From Carpediemonas membranifera BICM (lineage: Eukaryota; Protista; Fornicata), in assembly GCA_019828565.1 (NCBI GenBank), contig JAHDYR010000038.1, positions 760,735-824,734 of the forward strand: DNA of 64,000 nt, given 5' to 3'. Positions 9,305 through 18,704 of this stretch are shown here, piece after piece. The notes under the pieces were generated by a model, which made no database searches, was not told the origin of the DNA, and saw only the letters and a list, made by a program, of their open reading frames with translations. Position numbers and translations under genes: made by a program. Position 1 is the first letter of the stretch. Each line of letters begins with the position of its first letter.

Positions 9305-12300
9305 ACAGACGCCCGCGCTGTGCAGGTCGTGGATCGCGGTGAGCAGGCCGCGGAGCAGTCTGCGCTGAGTGTCGGGCGAGTCGGCTGGGGCGTCGCGCAG
9401 GTGGCGCTCGAGGCGCTCCATGACGATCGCGCCGGTCTTCCTCTCAGGATCAGAGAGGTCGAGGAGGACGAAGTGCAGCCTGGGCACGGCGGGGCTGTGC
9501 GCCATGCGCGACAGGATGCCCGCCTCGCGGTCGCAGAGCTTGCGCTGGTGCGTGCTGTCGAGCTTGAAGGTCTTGGCGAAGTAGGTCTGGCCGTCGCGGG
9601 CCACGATCTGGCATAGCGCTCTGTTCTCGCTGACGGTCGACTCGACGGTGAAGTCGGACAGCGACAGGTCGGCGCGCATCTCGGGGAGGTCCATGAGGTG
9701 GGCCAGCCCCATCTCGCGCAGCTCCGTGAAGAGGCTGGCCGACGGCGCGGCGGACACCTTCAGCTCGGGGCAGAGCCGGACGAGCTGCGGCGTGCGGCGG
9801 GCCAGGACGGCGTTCATCTCGGCGATGCTGGCGTTCACGGCCCCGAGCTCGGCCGCGACCTCGGCGGCCTGGGCGTGCCTGCGGCGGCGACGGAGGTAGC
9901 TGCCATCGTCTTCGAGCTCCTCGGCCTTGCTCTTGAGGTGCTGGTAGTCGCCGAGCGTCTGGAGCTGCGCAGTGATGGCGTCGGCCTCGGCGAACCCAGC
10001 CACGTGGACCTCAGCCTCGGCGGCCAGGCCAGTCAACTGGCGAATGGTGCGCTCCTCGGTGCTCGTGTCATTGACAAGCTCCTTCCGACCGAGGGCCCAC
10101 TGCCACGTCTCGCGGACGGCCTGCTGGAGGAAGGCGCGGAGCGTGGCGTACCTAGCCTGCAGCTCGGGCGCGAGGGTGGGGAAGCCGGCGACCTCGTTGT
10201 CAGCGGCCTTGAGCACGCGGGCCATCTCGTCGAGCGAGGGGAGAGACTCTGGCTCGAAGGCGGCGGCGCCGTCGACGATGGCCGAGGCCGCCTGGTAGTC
10301 AGCGCTGACAGCTGCGACCGTCGCCTCGAGCGCCTCGACCCCGGCCTTGGCCTGGGCGATGACCGCCTCGTACTCGGCGATGCGGGTCTCTGGCTGGCGT
10401 CTGGCATGGCCGAGTCGGCTGATGAGACCAGCGGGCGACGGGATGGGGCCAACGCCATCGTGGGCCGGGATGGCGGCCGAGAGCAGGGGGTGGCCCTCGA
10501 GCATGGCGCTGATGTCCGCGGCGCGGTTGGCTTCGGTGAACCGGCCGGTCTGGGGCGAGGCGCAGAACGAGGCCAGGGTCGCCTTTAGGTCGGACAGCTC
10601 AGCACTGAGCATGTTGATCTGCGCGGTGCTGTCGGCCTTGACTGCTGCGAGCTCATACATCGTGCAAGATAGCTCAGACCTCGTGTCGAATAGCTCAGCT
10701 CTGAGCAGCCCCATGTTCTGCTCGGCCCGGCTCTCCTGCTCGGCCATGGCTGTCTGAAGCATGCGGCAGTTCCCATCAGAAAGGATCGCGTCGACCTCGA
10801 GGGCATGCCGGTCGGCGCTGAACAGGCCATCGGTCAGAGTGACGGTTGTGGCTGGGTCGGCGGTGGTGACAGTGAAGCTGCTCGGCACTGCGTGCGATGA
10901 GACGTGAGTCACGACCTGCCTCAGCTGGTCAACAGTCGCGTCGATCAGGAAAACGTCCGAGACGGCTCCCGAGCAAAGATCGGAGACAACCTGGGCACAC
11001 CGGCTGGCGTTGAAGCATCTGACAATCTTGGCAAGCCCGGCGTCCTCGGAGTCTGTCTCGGCGAACTTGTTCTCCAGCCAGACTCTGGCGGCGGGGCGGG
11101 TCAGCGTCATCGTGAAGGAGCGGGGCAGACCAGTGGCGAGGAAGTGGAGGAGGATGCGAGCGAGGTCGCAGGGGAGTGCTGCTGAGTCGCCTGGGTTGAT
11201 GGCGATGTCGGCGTCGGGGGCGACTGGGCTGGAGCAGCGCTGGTTGACGGTGGCCAGGAACTGGGGGATGCGGGGGAGTGTGCTCCAGAGCCTGACTGTA
11301 TTGTCGTTGGACCCAGAGACGAGGATAGAGCCGTCTCGGGAGAAGACGACGCTCCTCACCACATCACCATGCCCCGAGAGCGTCCTGATCAGTGCCCCGG
11401 TCGCGCCCCACTGCTTGATAGTTTTGTCTGCAGACCCAGACGCCAGAGTCCTGCCGTCGGGGGAGAAGGCGAGGCCAAACACAGAACTGGTGTGCCTGGT
11501 GTGCCCAAAGGGCGTGGCCGGCATGGCAAAACCCGCTCTGTTGCCGAATCCCCCGACCTGCGCAGTCTGCCCGAACGCGGACCTCGGTACATCCCTGCTG
11601 TGCCCAGCGAGGGTAATATGGGGAATAAGCTGGCCAGTTGCAGGGTCCCACAACTTGACGGCGTTATCGCTGCCGGATGCGACGATGGCCCCATCGGGTG
11701 ACACGGCAATGCTGTAGACTTGTGCGCCATGGTTCATGGTCCTGATGCATGCGCCAGTGGCGGAGCTCCACTGCTTGATCGTGCTGTCAATACTTCCAGT
11801 GTAAATGGTCGAGCCATCAGGGGAGATGGCCACGCCATACACATGATGGCCATGCCCTGTGAGTGTCAGCCTGCACTGCCCTGTCGCGACGTCCCAGACC
11901 TTGGCGGTCGTGTCATCCGATCCGGAGACCAGGGTGCGGCCATCAGACGAGAATGCAAGGCGCCACACAAATCCAGTGTGCCCACTGAGTGTCTGGGTCT
12001 GCTGGCCTGTGGCTGCGTCCCAGAGCTTGACGAGATTGTCCCGCCCCCCAGACGCGATGGTCGACCCGTCCGGCGACACGGCAACGGCGTACACATAGCC
12101 TCCATGCGTCATGGTCCTGATACACTGACCAGTGGCCGAGTCCCACTGCTTGACGGTGCCGTCAAGTGAGGCACTGAAGATGGTGCCGTCGGGGGAGGTG
12201 GCGACACCAAGCACCTGATTGCCATGCCCTGTCAGTGTCTTAATGCACACACCAGCATCCATAGGCTCTGTGGACCGCGTGTTCCACGCTTCGAGCGCGA

Positions 12301-13063
12301 GCTCAACCGAGCCATCTTCATGGTCGGCCTCGAGTCTGCCATCCACCATCGTGACGGTAACGGCGGGCTCAGTGAGCTCCATCGTCAGCGTATCAGGTTC
12401 TATGCCCGCGCTGAGCAGGTACTGGACGACCTGCTCGAGGTCCTGGACGGTGATCGGCGTCTCGCCTCGCTTGCGGACCTGGATGCCCTCGGGGCCGGGG
12501 CGCTCGGAGATTGCGGTGCGGATCTGAGCGTCTACTGCTCTGCAGTCGTCGCTGCGTGAGAATGCGGCCTCGATACGTACCACTGGCTGTGTAATCATGA
12601 AATTTGCGGATCAAACGCGTCAGGCGTGCTGTGTGAGAGAATCGCGCTGCAGCCGTGTTGCTGCTGTTGTAACGCACCATCTGTGTGAGAATAGCTCCGG
12701 GATAGCGTACTTTCGGCAGCTTCGCGTCATCGAGAGTTTGTGTGTTGCTCGAATGTCGCGTGACGAAAATGGTCTAAACTCCGCTGCCTCCGCAACACCC
12801 CGCGCCGTCAGCATTTACCTGCGCCCGGGCGTCCTCCCCCTCATCAGGTCCCCGGCCGTGACCTTGGTCGACTTCAGCACGCTCAGCGGCACCCTCCGCC
12901 CCGTAGTCCATCGCCAGCACAATGCTAGGTTTACAGCGCTCACTCGAGCAGACTGATGCGGCAGACCTTGCAGCCCACGAACCCGTCCCGGACGCTTCAA
13001 GGCGGTCGCTTCGAACGGCAGCGCGATTTTCGGGCGTAAACTGCTCGCGACCGACATGGGCAC
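6905..13063 (-). repeat. Copy A of duplicated unit (full-length WD40-kinase-HECT-RBR gene plus flanks)
   Basis: Reverse complement aligns with 35177..38050 from GTGC(C)CATGTCGGTCGCGAG to GAGGCACGCGGG, and with 59931..61446. Confidence 0.9.
7220..12598 (-). CDS. Multidomain protein: N-terminal repeat, WD40 propeller, coiled coil, Ser/Thr kinase, HECT-like domain, RBR-type Rcat/IBR/Rcat zinc fingers
   Basis: About 7 GH..SPDG..SGS.D..VK.WD repeats (~11280-12262). Kinase FAKTF, HRDLKPEN, DFE, GTLAFSAPE, ADVYHAG (~8850-9660). HECT-like GLGRVLQLMLLDG...RRRFAFHVFG...SDCAGGARLP (~7850-8700). IBR and CPGC..KDGGCQHMRCRCG (7220-7690). Confidence 0.9.
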
Positions 13064-15746
13064 CGGGGCCTGGCTATTCCTGCTGCTCACGGTTGCTGCT
13101 GCCGCGGATATCGCTGTAACAGAGACGCAGCGCCTTTCGTCAGAATACCCAGCGGATTTGAACCGTTTTGGGGTGGATCTCATGGTCTGTGGCACGCTGG
13201 CCTGCATCGGGCAGTTCAACAACAACGACGCAACGGGGCGTGCCTTTGTGTACCAAACTACGGACGGTGAAACATGGTCTTTCCTGCACGAACTCCAGCG
13301 CGATGATTTCTCCGCTCCCGGCGATATCGCCAGCAATTTCGGGAGCTCATGCGCCCTTGACGCCACTAGGATCGCTGTAGGCGCAGAAGGAGACGTTATT
13401 ACCACCCTGGCGGACGCCGGCTCGGTCTACATCTTCGAGGCCACCGGGGCACCCGCCCAGTGGGAGCAGGCCGCCAAGGTCACGCCCGACACGCCCGAGG
13501 CGGACGCCAGGTTCGGGTCAGCCGTGGCAGTGGCCGGGGACACTCTGGTCGTGGGAAGCAGCGGATATTCCGGCTCGGGAGCGGTGTATATCTTCAAATA
13601 CGGCTCGACATGGACTCAATCGAATCTATTCGCACCGCTCCCAGCTGATACGGGCTACAGATTTGGCTGCTCGGTAGATATTGACGGAGATTGGATCGTA
13701 GTCGGGGCTGACCGCATCAGCGTGGGCGGGGTTGGTGCTGTTGGCCAGGCCTTCGTCTACCAGAACACCGGGGCGCAGTGGGTCTACCATGCTGTCCTCA
13801 CGCCCACCGTTGTCGCAGAAGACACATTCTTTGGATCGTCGGTCAGTGTATGTGGAGATACGATTGCGGTCGGAGCTGATGCAAGTCCTGGAGTGGAGCT
13901 GTCCTCGACAGGGGTGGTCTATGTCTACAGGTTGAAGGGCACGACCTGGGCGTTCGCCGCCAAGCTGAACGGGACCGAGCCTGGCGAGAAGTTCGGCCGT
14001 GACGTCAGCCTCAGTGGGGGCGTCCTCGTGGTCGGGGCCACTGGCCGGGGTGCAGTGGCGGACTCGGGCAACGCCTATGTGTTCATCGAGAGCCACGGCG
14101 TGTGGATTCTGACGCAGACCCTCGGCTCGGCAGCCCCCGTGGCCTCAGCTGTCCTGGGCGGTCGCGTGGCAGTCGACGGCGCGGCCATCCTCGCGACAGC
14201 GTGGGGCGAGGCCAATGAGCAGGGTGCCGTCTACTTTTTCGACAACCAGTGGGGCTACTGCCCGCCCGGGACGTACAACGCGGCCGGGGTGTGCGTCGAC
14301 TGCTCCACCCTCGGGGAGTACGCCGCTTGGAACCAGACGGCGTGCAGTCCCGCGGCGGTCGGGTCCTTCAGCGACGACTACAGGACCGAGGTCGCCTGCA
14401 CGGATGACGGGGCGTACACGAACGTCACCGGCAGCACCGAGTGCGTGACGGCGACGGCGGGGTGGTTCGTCGACCCCTCCGACCACACCAAGCAGCGGCC
14501 CTGTGACGACGAGTGGTACTCATCGGACCCGGGGCAGGCTGGGTGCACGGCATGTGAACCTCTGACGAGCACGCCGGCCGACGGGGAGCCGCACACGGCC
14601 TGCACCGGCTACGTCATCCCGGGTGACGTTACGGCGCTCAATACGACGGTGATGACAACACCGCTCGACTCGGCCACGGTCGATGGCGTGAGCTGCGTCA
14701 CCCTGGTCTCGGGCCCCGTCACGTTCCTCGTCCCGCTCATCGCCCCGACCAATGGCGTGATCAAGTCGGGCGTGTACGCCATCACCATGACGTTCGGGGC
14801 CCTGGTGGAGACCGCCACTGTCACTATCATGACCGACATCCCAGTCAATCCAGACCTCGCCATCGACGGTATGAGTCTGACAGCCACCATGGCCTCGCGG
14901 GTCTGCCCGACACTGTTTGCGATCGACGGCATGGCATGGTCGACCCCGCCGAGTCAGTTTGAAGTCGTCGAGTCGGGTTCAGTGGTGTGCACAGCCACGG
15001 CGGGGCTCAGCTCTGAGAACATCACCGCGCTCGCCCCGCACTTTACCACAACAGTTGCTGCTGATGAAGAGGAAGGGGTTGTCTGCCTCGCCCTGGCCGA
15101 GGCATCCTTCGTCAGCATTGGTCTTGTTGCCGTCACCATCGATGATGAGCCCCTAACCCTCGCCCTCTCCGGCGGCATGGCGTGTGGCGTGACCATCGGC
15201 CCGTTTGAAACCGTCATTTCGTCTTCAGTCCTGGAGGCCTTCTACGGGTCGACCCTTATCGCCACGTCGAAGCCGACCCCCGCCAGTGACAGCTCGATGC
15301 TGACGACAGTAGCTGTTGTTGGGGGAGTTGCCCTTGCTGGCGTTGTCGTGGCCATTCTCGTCATCATTGTTCTCATAGGTGACGTCGCCGCCTGTCTCGT
15401 GTGCGTTCCTGTTGTACTATACCTCGTAAGATACCGGCAACGGAAAGCCGAGCTGCCCAAGACCACTGCTCCCATTACCACCCCGGCACCGTCATCCATC
15501 CCAAAGCTCGACCTCGGGCAAGCGCCTGCCCCACCGCCCAAGGAGACGCCCCCGGCCAAGCTTCCCCCCCTCAGCCTGCCCGGCCCCAAGGTATGCATCC
15601 CGGCAACTCTGAGCGATACCATCAGCACGCTACACACGCCAGAGGCCATGGCGTCGTTGAAGGTGCCGAGCAGACCGGCTCTGCCTCCTGCGGGGAGCGC
15701 CTCCTCCATTCCCTCGATCCCGAAGCTCCCGGGGATCGCACCATGA
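13056..15746 (+). CDS. Type I membrane protein with FG-GAP beta-propeller, Cys-rich repeats and Pro-rich cytoplasmic tail
   Basis: Signal peptide. Repeated FGxxVxxxGDxxxVGA...GAVYxF. CPPGTY/CxxC repeats. Hydrophobic segment near aa 750-790. Confidence 0.85.
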   Translation: MGTGAWLFLLLTVAAAADIAVTETQRLSSEYPADLNRFGVDLMVCGTLACIGQFNNNDATGRAFVYQTTDGETWSFLHELQRDDFSAPGDIASNFGSSCALDATRIAVGAEGDVITTLADAGSVYIFEATGAPAQWEQAAKVTPDTPEADARFGSAVAVAGDTLVVGSSGYSGSGAVYIFKYGSTWTQSNLFAPLPADTGYRFGCSVDIDGDWIVVGADRISVGGVGAVGQAFVYQNTGAQWVYHAVLTPTVVAEDTFFGSSVSVCGDTIAVGADASPGVELSSTGVVYVYRLKGTTWAFAAKLNGTEPGEKFGRDVSLSGGVLVVGATGRGAVADSGNAYVFIESHGVWILTQTLGSAAPVASAVLGGRVAVDGAAILATAWGEANEQGAVYFFDNQWGYCPPGTYNAAGVCVDCSTLGEYAAWNQTACSPAAVGSFSDDYRTEVACTDDGAYTNVTGSTECVTATAGWFVDPSDHTKQRPCDDEWYSSDPGQAGCTACEPLTSTPADGEPHTACTGYVIPGDVTALNTTVMTTPLDSATVDGVSCVTLVSGPVTFLVPLIAPTNGVIKSGVYAITMTFGALVETATVTIMTDIPVNPDLAIDGMSLTATMASRVCPTLFAIDGMAWSTPPSQFEVVESGSVVCTATAGLSSENITALAPHFTTTVAADEEEGVVCLALAEASFVSIGLVAVTIDDEPLTLALSGGMACGVTIGPFETVISSSVLEAFYGSTLIATSKPTPASDSSMLTTVAVVGGVALAGVVVAILVIIVLIGDVAACLVCVPVVLYLVRYRQRKAELPKTTAPITTPAPSSIPKLDLGQAPAPPPKETPPAKLPPLSLPGPKVCIPATLSDTISTLHTPEAMASLKVPSRPALPPAGSASSIPSIPKLPGIAP

Positions 15747-15846
15747 GCGGTGGCCGTCCTTGTACTATGCTCAATTAATTCTGGAACATCTAAAACACTT
15801 TAGCTATGCCGCGGTGTCTGGGCCGCACCGCACCTATGCTTTCGTT

Positions 15847-16569
15847 CTAAATGCCGATGCCCAGCGACATATCTACGAATGCTGAGAACTTCTTCGCGAC
15901 CTTCTTCAGGGCCGACCGGGGCCGGGCCGACGATGTCTCCGGCTCGGCCTTGACTCTTGTGGCCTTCTCCGCCTCTCTGGCCAGCTGGGACGTCGTCTCG
16001 GGTCTGGCGCTGACGCTGTGGGCCCGGGCCCTGGACTGTGGGGCAAGGTGACGGCTGGGGCTCTCCTGATGGGACACGCTGATCGAGTTCCTGCGTGCCT
16101 TTCTCTCTGGGGCGAGAGGGAGGGCGTGGGGCCGCCTCGCTCTCTTGCTGCGGTCCCCATCTCCCGTCGACGAGCGCAGGGAGCTCACGCTGCTTTCGCT
16201 GCCGTTTTTCATCAGATCCCGCACCGCATCAAACAGCTCGAACGAGTCCCCAGGCTCGATTGTCTCGAGCTGCTGTATGATTGGCGAGGAGGGGTCCATG
16301 AGGAGAATGGACTCCTCTTCCTGGGAGCTGGGGTTCATCGGAGGGATAGGGACCCCGTAGCGGTTCTTATGAGTGTGTTTTGCGTATTCCATGGCCTCGT
16401 CGTGCTTTCTTACCGCCTTTTGCGGCTTAAGCAGGGCAAACTTCTCCTTCGGAGTGAGCTTGAGGATTGAGGCGATCCGCTGGTCGTCGAAACCAGACGA
16501 TCGAAGCTTTGCAACGCGTATTTGCATGTCTGGTGAGCGAATTGCGGCTAGTTCCTCTTCGCTAAGCAT
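15847..16569 (-). CDS. Hypothetical protein
   Basis: ORF fills the gap between FG-GAP and calpain-like genes; probable ATG at 16569 (MLSEEEL). Confidence 0.55.
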   Translation of the reverse strand: MLSEEELAAIRSPDMQIRVAKLRSSGFDDQRIASILKLTPKEKFALLKPQKAVRKHDEAMEYAKHTHKNRYGVPIPPMNPSSQEEESILLMDPSSPIIQQLETIEPGDSFELFDAVRDLMKNGSESSVSSLRSSTGDGDRSKRARRPHALPLAPERKARRNSISVSHQESPSRHLAPQSRARAHSVSARPETTSQLAREAEKATRVKAEPETSSARPRSALKKVAKKFSAFVDMSLGIGI

Positions 16570-16783
16570 CTTCTTCTTATAGCAAAAGATCGCGTCCGAT
16601 CCGACGGGAAATCTGGGACTCTCCCAGTGACGGTCACCCGATCTCATGGCAGTACTCGGGTTCGGTCCAGCGAGCGGGTGTACCCTTACTAACCCCGCCG
16701 GCTAACCTGGAATGAGACAAAACTCCGCCACACATTCAGCAACTCTAGCAACATTCTCAACAGTAAACTAGCTTTATCACAGC

Positions 16784-18619
16784 TCAGCTCCGCATCTGCT
16801 GACACCTCTGCAGGGCGACCCCCGACACCAGCCACTCGCCCGTCCACACGCTGATGTGGACGTTGCCCTCAGGCGACGAGTTGAACGGGACCAGGACGAC
16901 AGGGGCGCCGGGCTTGATCTTCATCGACCACACACCACTCCCGCCGACCTGCCTTGACCGCGTCATTTTGACAGGTGTGCCGCGCGTCCAATCCTCGTTG
17001 AGCCTGAAGTCGCCTTGTACCTCGAACGCTGCGAGGTCGACCTCCTTCCTGGCCTGCAGCTCCACGTGCAGCACGGCCCCGCCCTTCGCCTCTATCATCG
17101 AGGACGACTGGCCGCTGCTCGTCAGCACTGAGACCAGGGCCGCCGAGTTCTTGGCGAACCCCACGGACATTTCCGGGCCCCGTCCGTGGGAGTCCATCGT
17201 CAGGCTGACCTGCGAGTAGTAGCAGGCCGGGACCCTCGTGAGCTCGACCAGGGCCGTCGACATCACCCTGATGTGGTATCCCCCGTCGACCGCGGCGGCT
17301 GTGTGTGGGACGATGGTGAGGTACTCATCCGCCTTGCTGGCCGGGTGGAGCAGCTGGATCGTCAGGTCCCGCCTCCTGCCTCTTACGGCCCCGACCACGG
17401 CCCCTTCGTCCAGGACAATGGGGGCCCTGTCGGTCGTCTTCAGCACCGTCATCCCCACCGTCTGCGGCTGCTTCCCTCGCATGAAGAAGTCCTCCTGGGA
17501 AAGCTGGATCATGGTCAGGCGGGTCGCGGCGGACGCGGGCAGCTTCACCACGGCCTTCGGGTAGAGTGTCGCACTCCTGCTTGGCGAGGGCGTGACGGTG
17601 TTGGCGGAGGCCTTGAAGTTGCCGGAGACCTCCACGGTCGAAACCAGGTTGTCCGCACAGTAGCAGATGTCGACCGACTCGAAGTCCTTGACAAAGTCGT
17701 CGAACACCATCCACCGCATATACGGGTCAGATTTGACGTAATCATCGAGTATTCCGGCATGCTTGGGGTCGATTTCCGGAGTACGGAGGGGGAAGCGGGA
17801 AGGGAGGAAATGCCGGAAAATAACGATCTTAAGCTGCCCGTCCCCGCCGATCGGCAGCTGCTTGACCTCAATCACGGCGCAGACGATCTTGGACTCTCTA
17901 TGGCTGGCTACGGCAACGCCGTGGCGCATGTCCATGACTGTATACAGCCGCGCCCAAACACTGTCGGCGTCTTTCATCTCCATATGGTAGCATACGCCGC
18001 CTGTGAGGTCTACAAGGGCGGCTGCAGGGTCACCGTCAAGGATGGCGTCGTAGCCGCCGTGGATCTTGGCATAGGCCTTTTCGAGCAGGCTCATCCAGAT
18101 CTCGCCGGCGTTGGCTGAGTGGGCGTAGGCCAGTTGGCCGTACCGGGTGGGCAGCGTGGTGTCGATGGTCGTGGAGCGCCACTCGCCGTCTTTGAAGAAT
18201 CGCACGGTGGCGCTGTTCCCGTCGCTGGTGATGTCGGAAAAGAGGCGCGAGATTGCCGTATCCAGCGTAGCTACAGCTGAAAAGGCAGCAACATACCAGC
18301 ATCGGCTCGGAGCTTGCTTGCTTGAGACCATGACGCTCGAGGGATGCGGAGCTTCTTCAAAAAAGAGCGTTGGCCTCACGTTACCAGCAAAAAGGATGTC
18401 CTGCGGTTGTTTGAATACAATTTCATTGGTTGGTTTCTTCTTATTGCCCTTCACCATAATGTTTTGGCCTGGGTCGCAACAAATCTCGGGTGCGTCTGAC
18501 CCCAGATGTGGATCGCCCAATCGCCCCGGGAGCCTGGCCCCACCCTCTACTGGGCTAGCGAGACCCAGTCCGCCCCCTTTACGAAAAGCGACATCGTGAC
18601 ACGGTTGGGACTGTAGCAT
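16784..18619 (-). CDS. Calpain-like protein (CysPc plus domain III), probably catalytically impaired
   Basis: RCWYVAA, VRFFKDGEW..IDTTLP, WMSLLEKAYAKIHGGYDAI, ALVDLTGG. The His (GHAY) and Asn (RNPWG) motifs are not recognisable. Start uncertain. Confidence 0.8.
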   Translation of the reverse strand: MLQSQPCHDVAFRKGGGLGLASPVEGGARLPGRLGDPHLGSDAPEICCDPGQNIMVKGNKKKPTNEIVFKQPQDILFAGNVRPTLFFEEAPHPSSVMVSSKQAPSRCWYVAAFSAVATLDTAISRLFSDITSDGNSATVRFFKDGEWRSTTIDTTLPTRYGQLAYAHSANAGEIWMSLLEKAYAKIHGGYDAILDGDPAAALVDLTGGVCYHMEMKDADSVWARLYTVMDMRHGVAVASHRESKIVCAVIEVKQLPIGGDGQLKIVIFRHFLPSRFPLRTPEIDPKHAGILDDYVKSDPYMRWMVFDDFVKDFESVDICYCADNLVSTVEVSGNFKASANTVTPSPSRSATLYPKAVVKLPASAATRLTMIQLSQEDFFMRGKQPQTVGMTVLKTTDRAPIVLDEGAVVGAVRGRRRDLTIQLLHPASKADEYLTIVPHTAAAVDGGYHIRVMSTALVELTRVPACYYSQVSLTMDSHGRGPEMSVGFAKNSAALVSVLTSSGQSSSMIEAKGGAVLHVELQARKEVDLAAFEVQGDFRLNEDWTRGTPVKMTRSRQVGGSGVWSMKIKPGAPVVLVPFNSSPEGNVHISVWTGEWLVSGVALQRCQQMRS

Positions 18620-18704
18620 GACTTGTGCACGGAAGACTGGCAACGCACAAACGCCCCAGCCATGCCAGACACAACACTACTATATACGATTTATCACTGG
18701 ATGA

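Noticed and set aside
6905-13063. Classical DNA transposon or retroelement interpretation of the duplicated unit
   Set aside because: No transposase, reverse transcriptase or integrase; no TIR, LTR, TSD or poly(A) seen.
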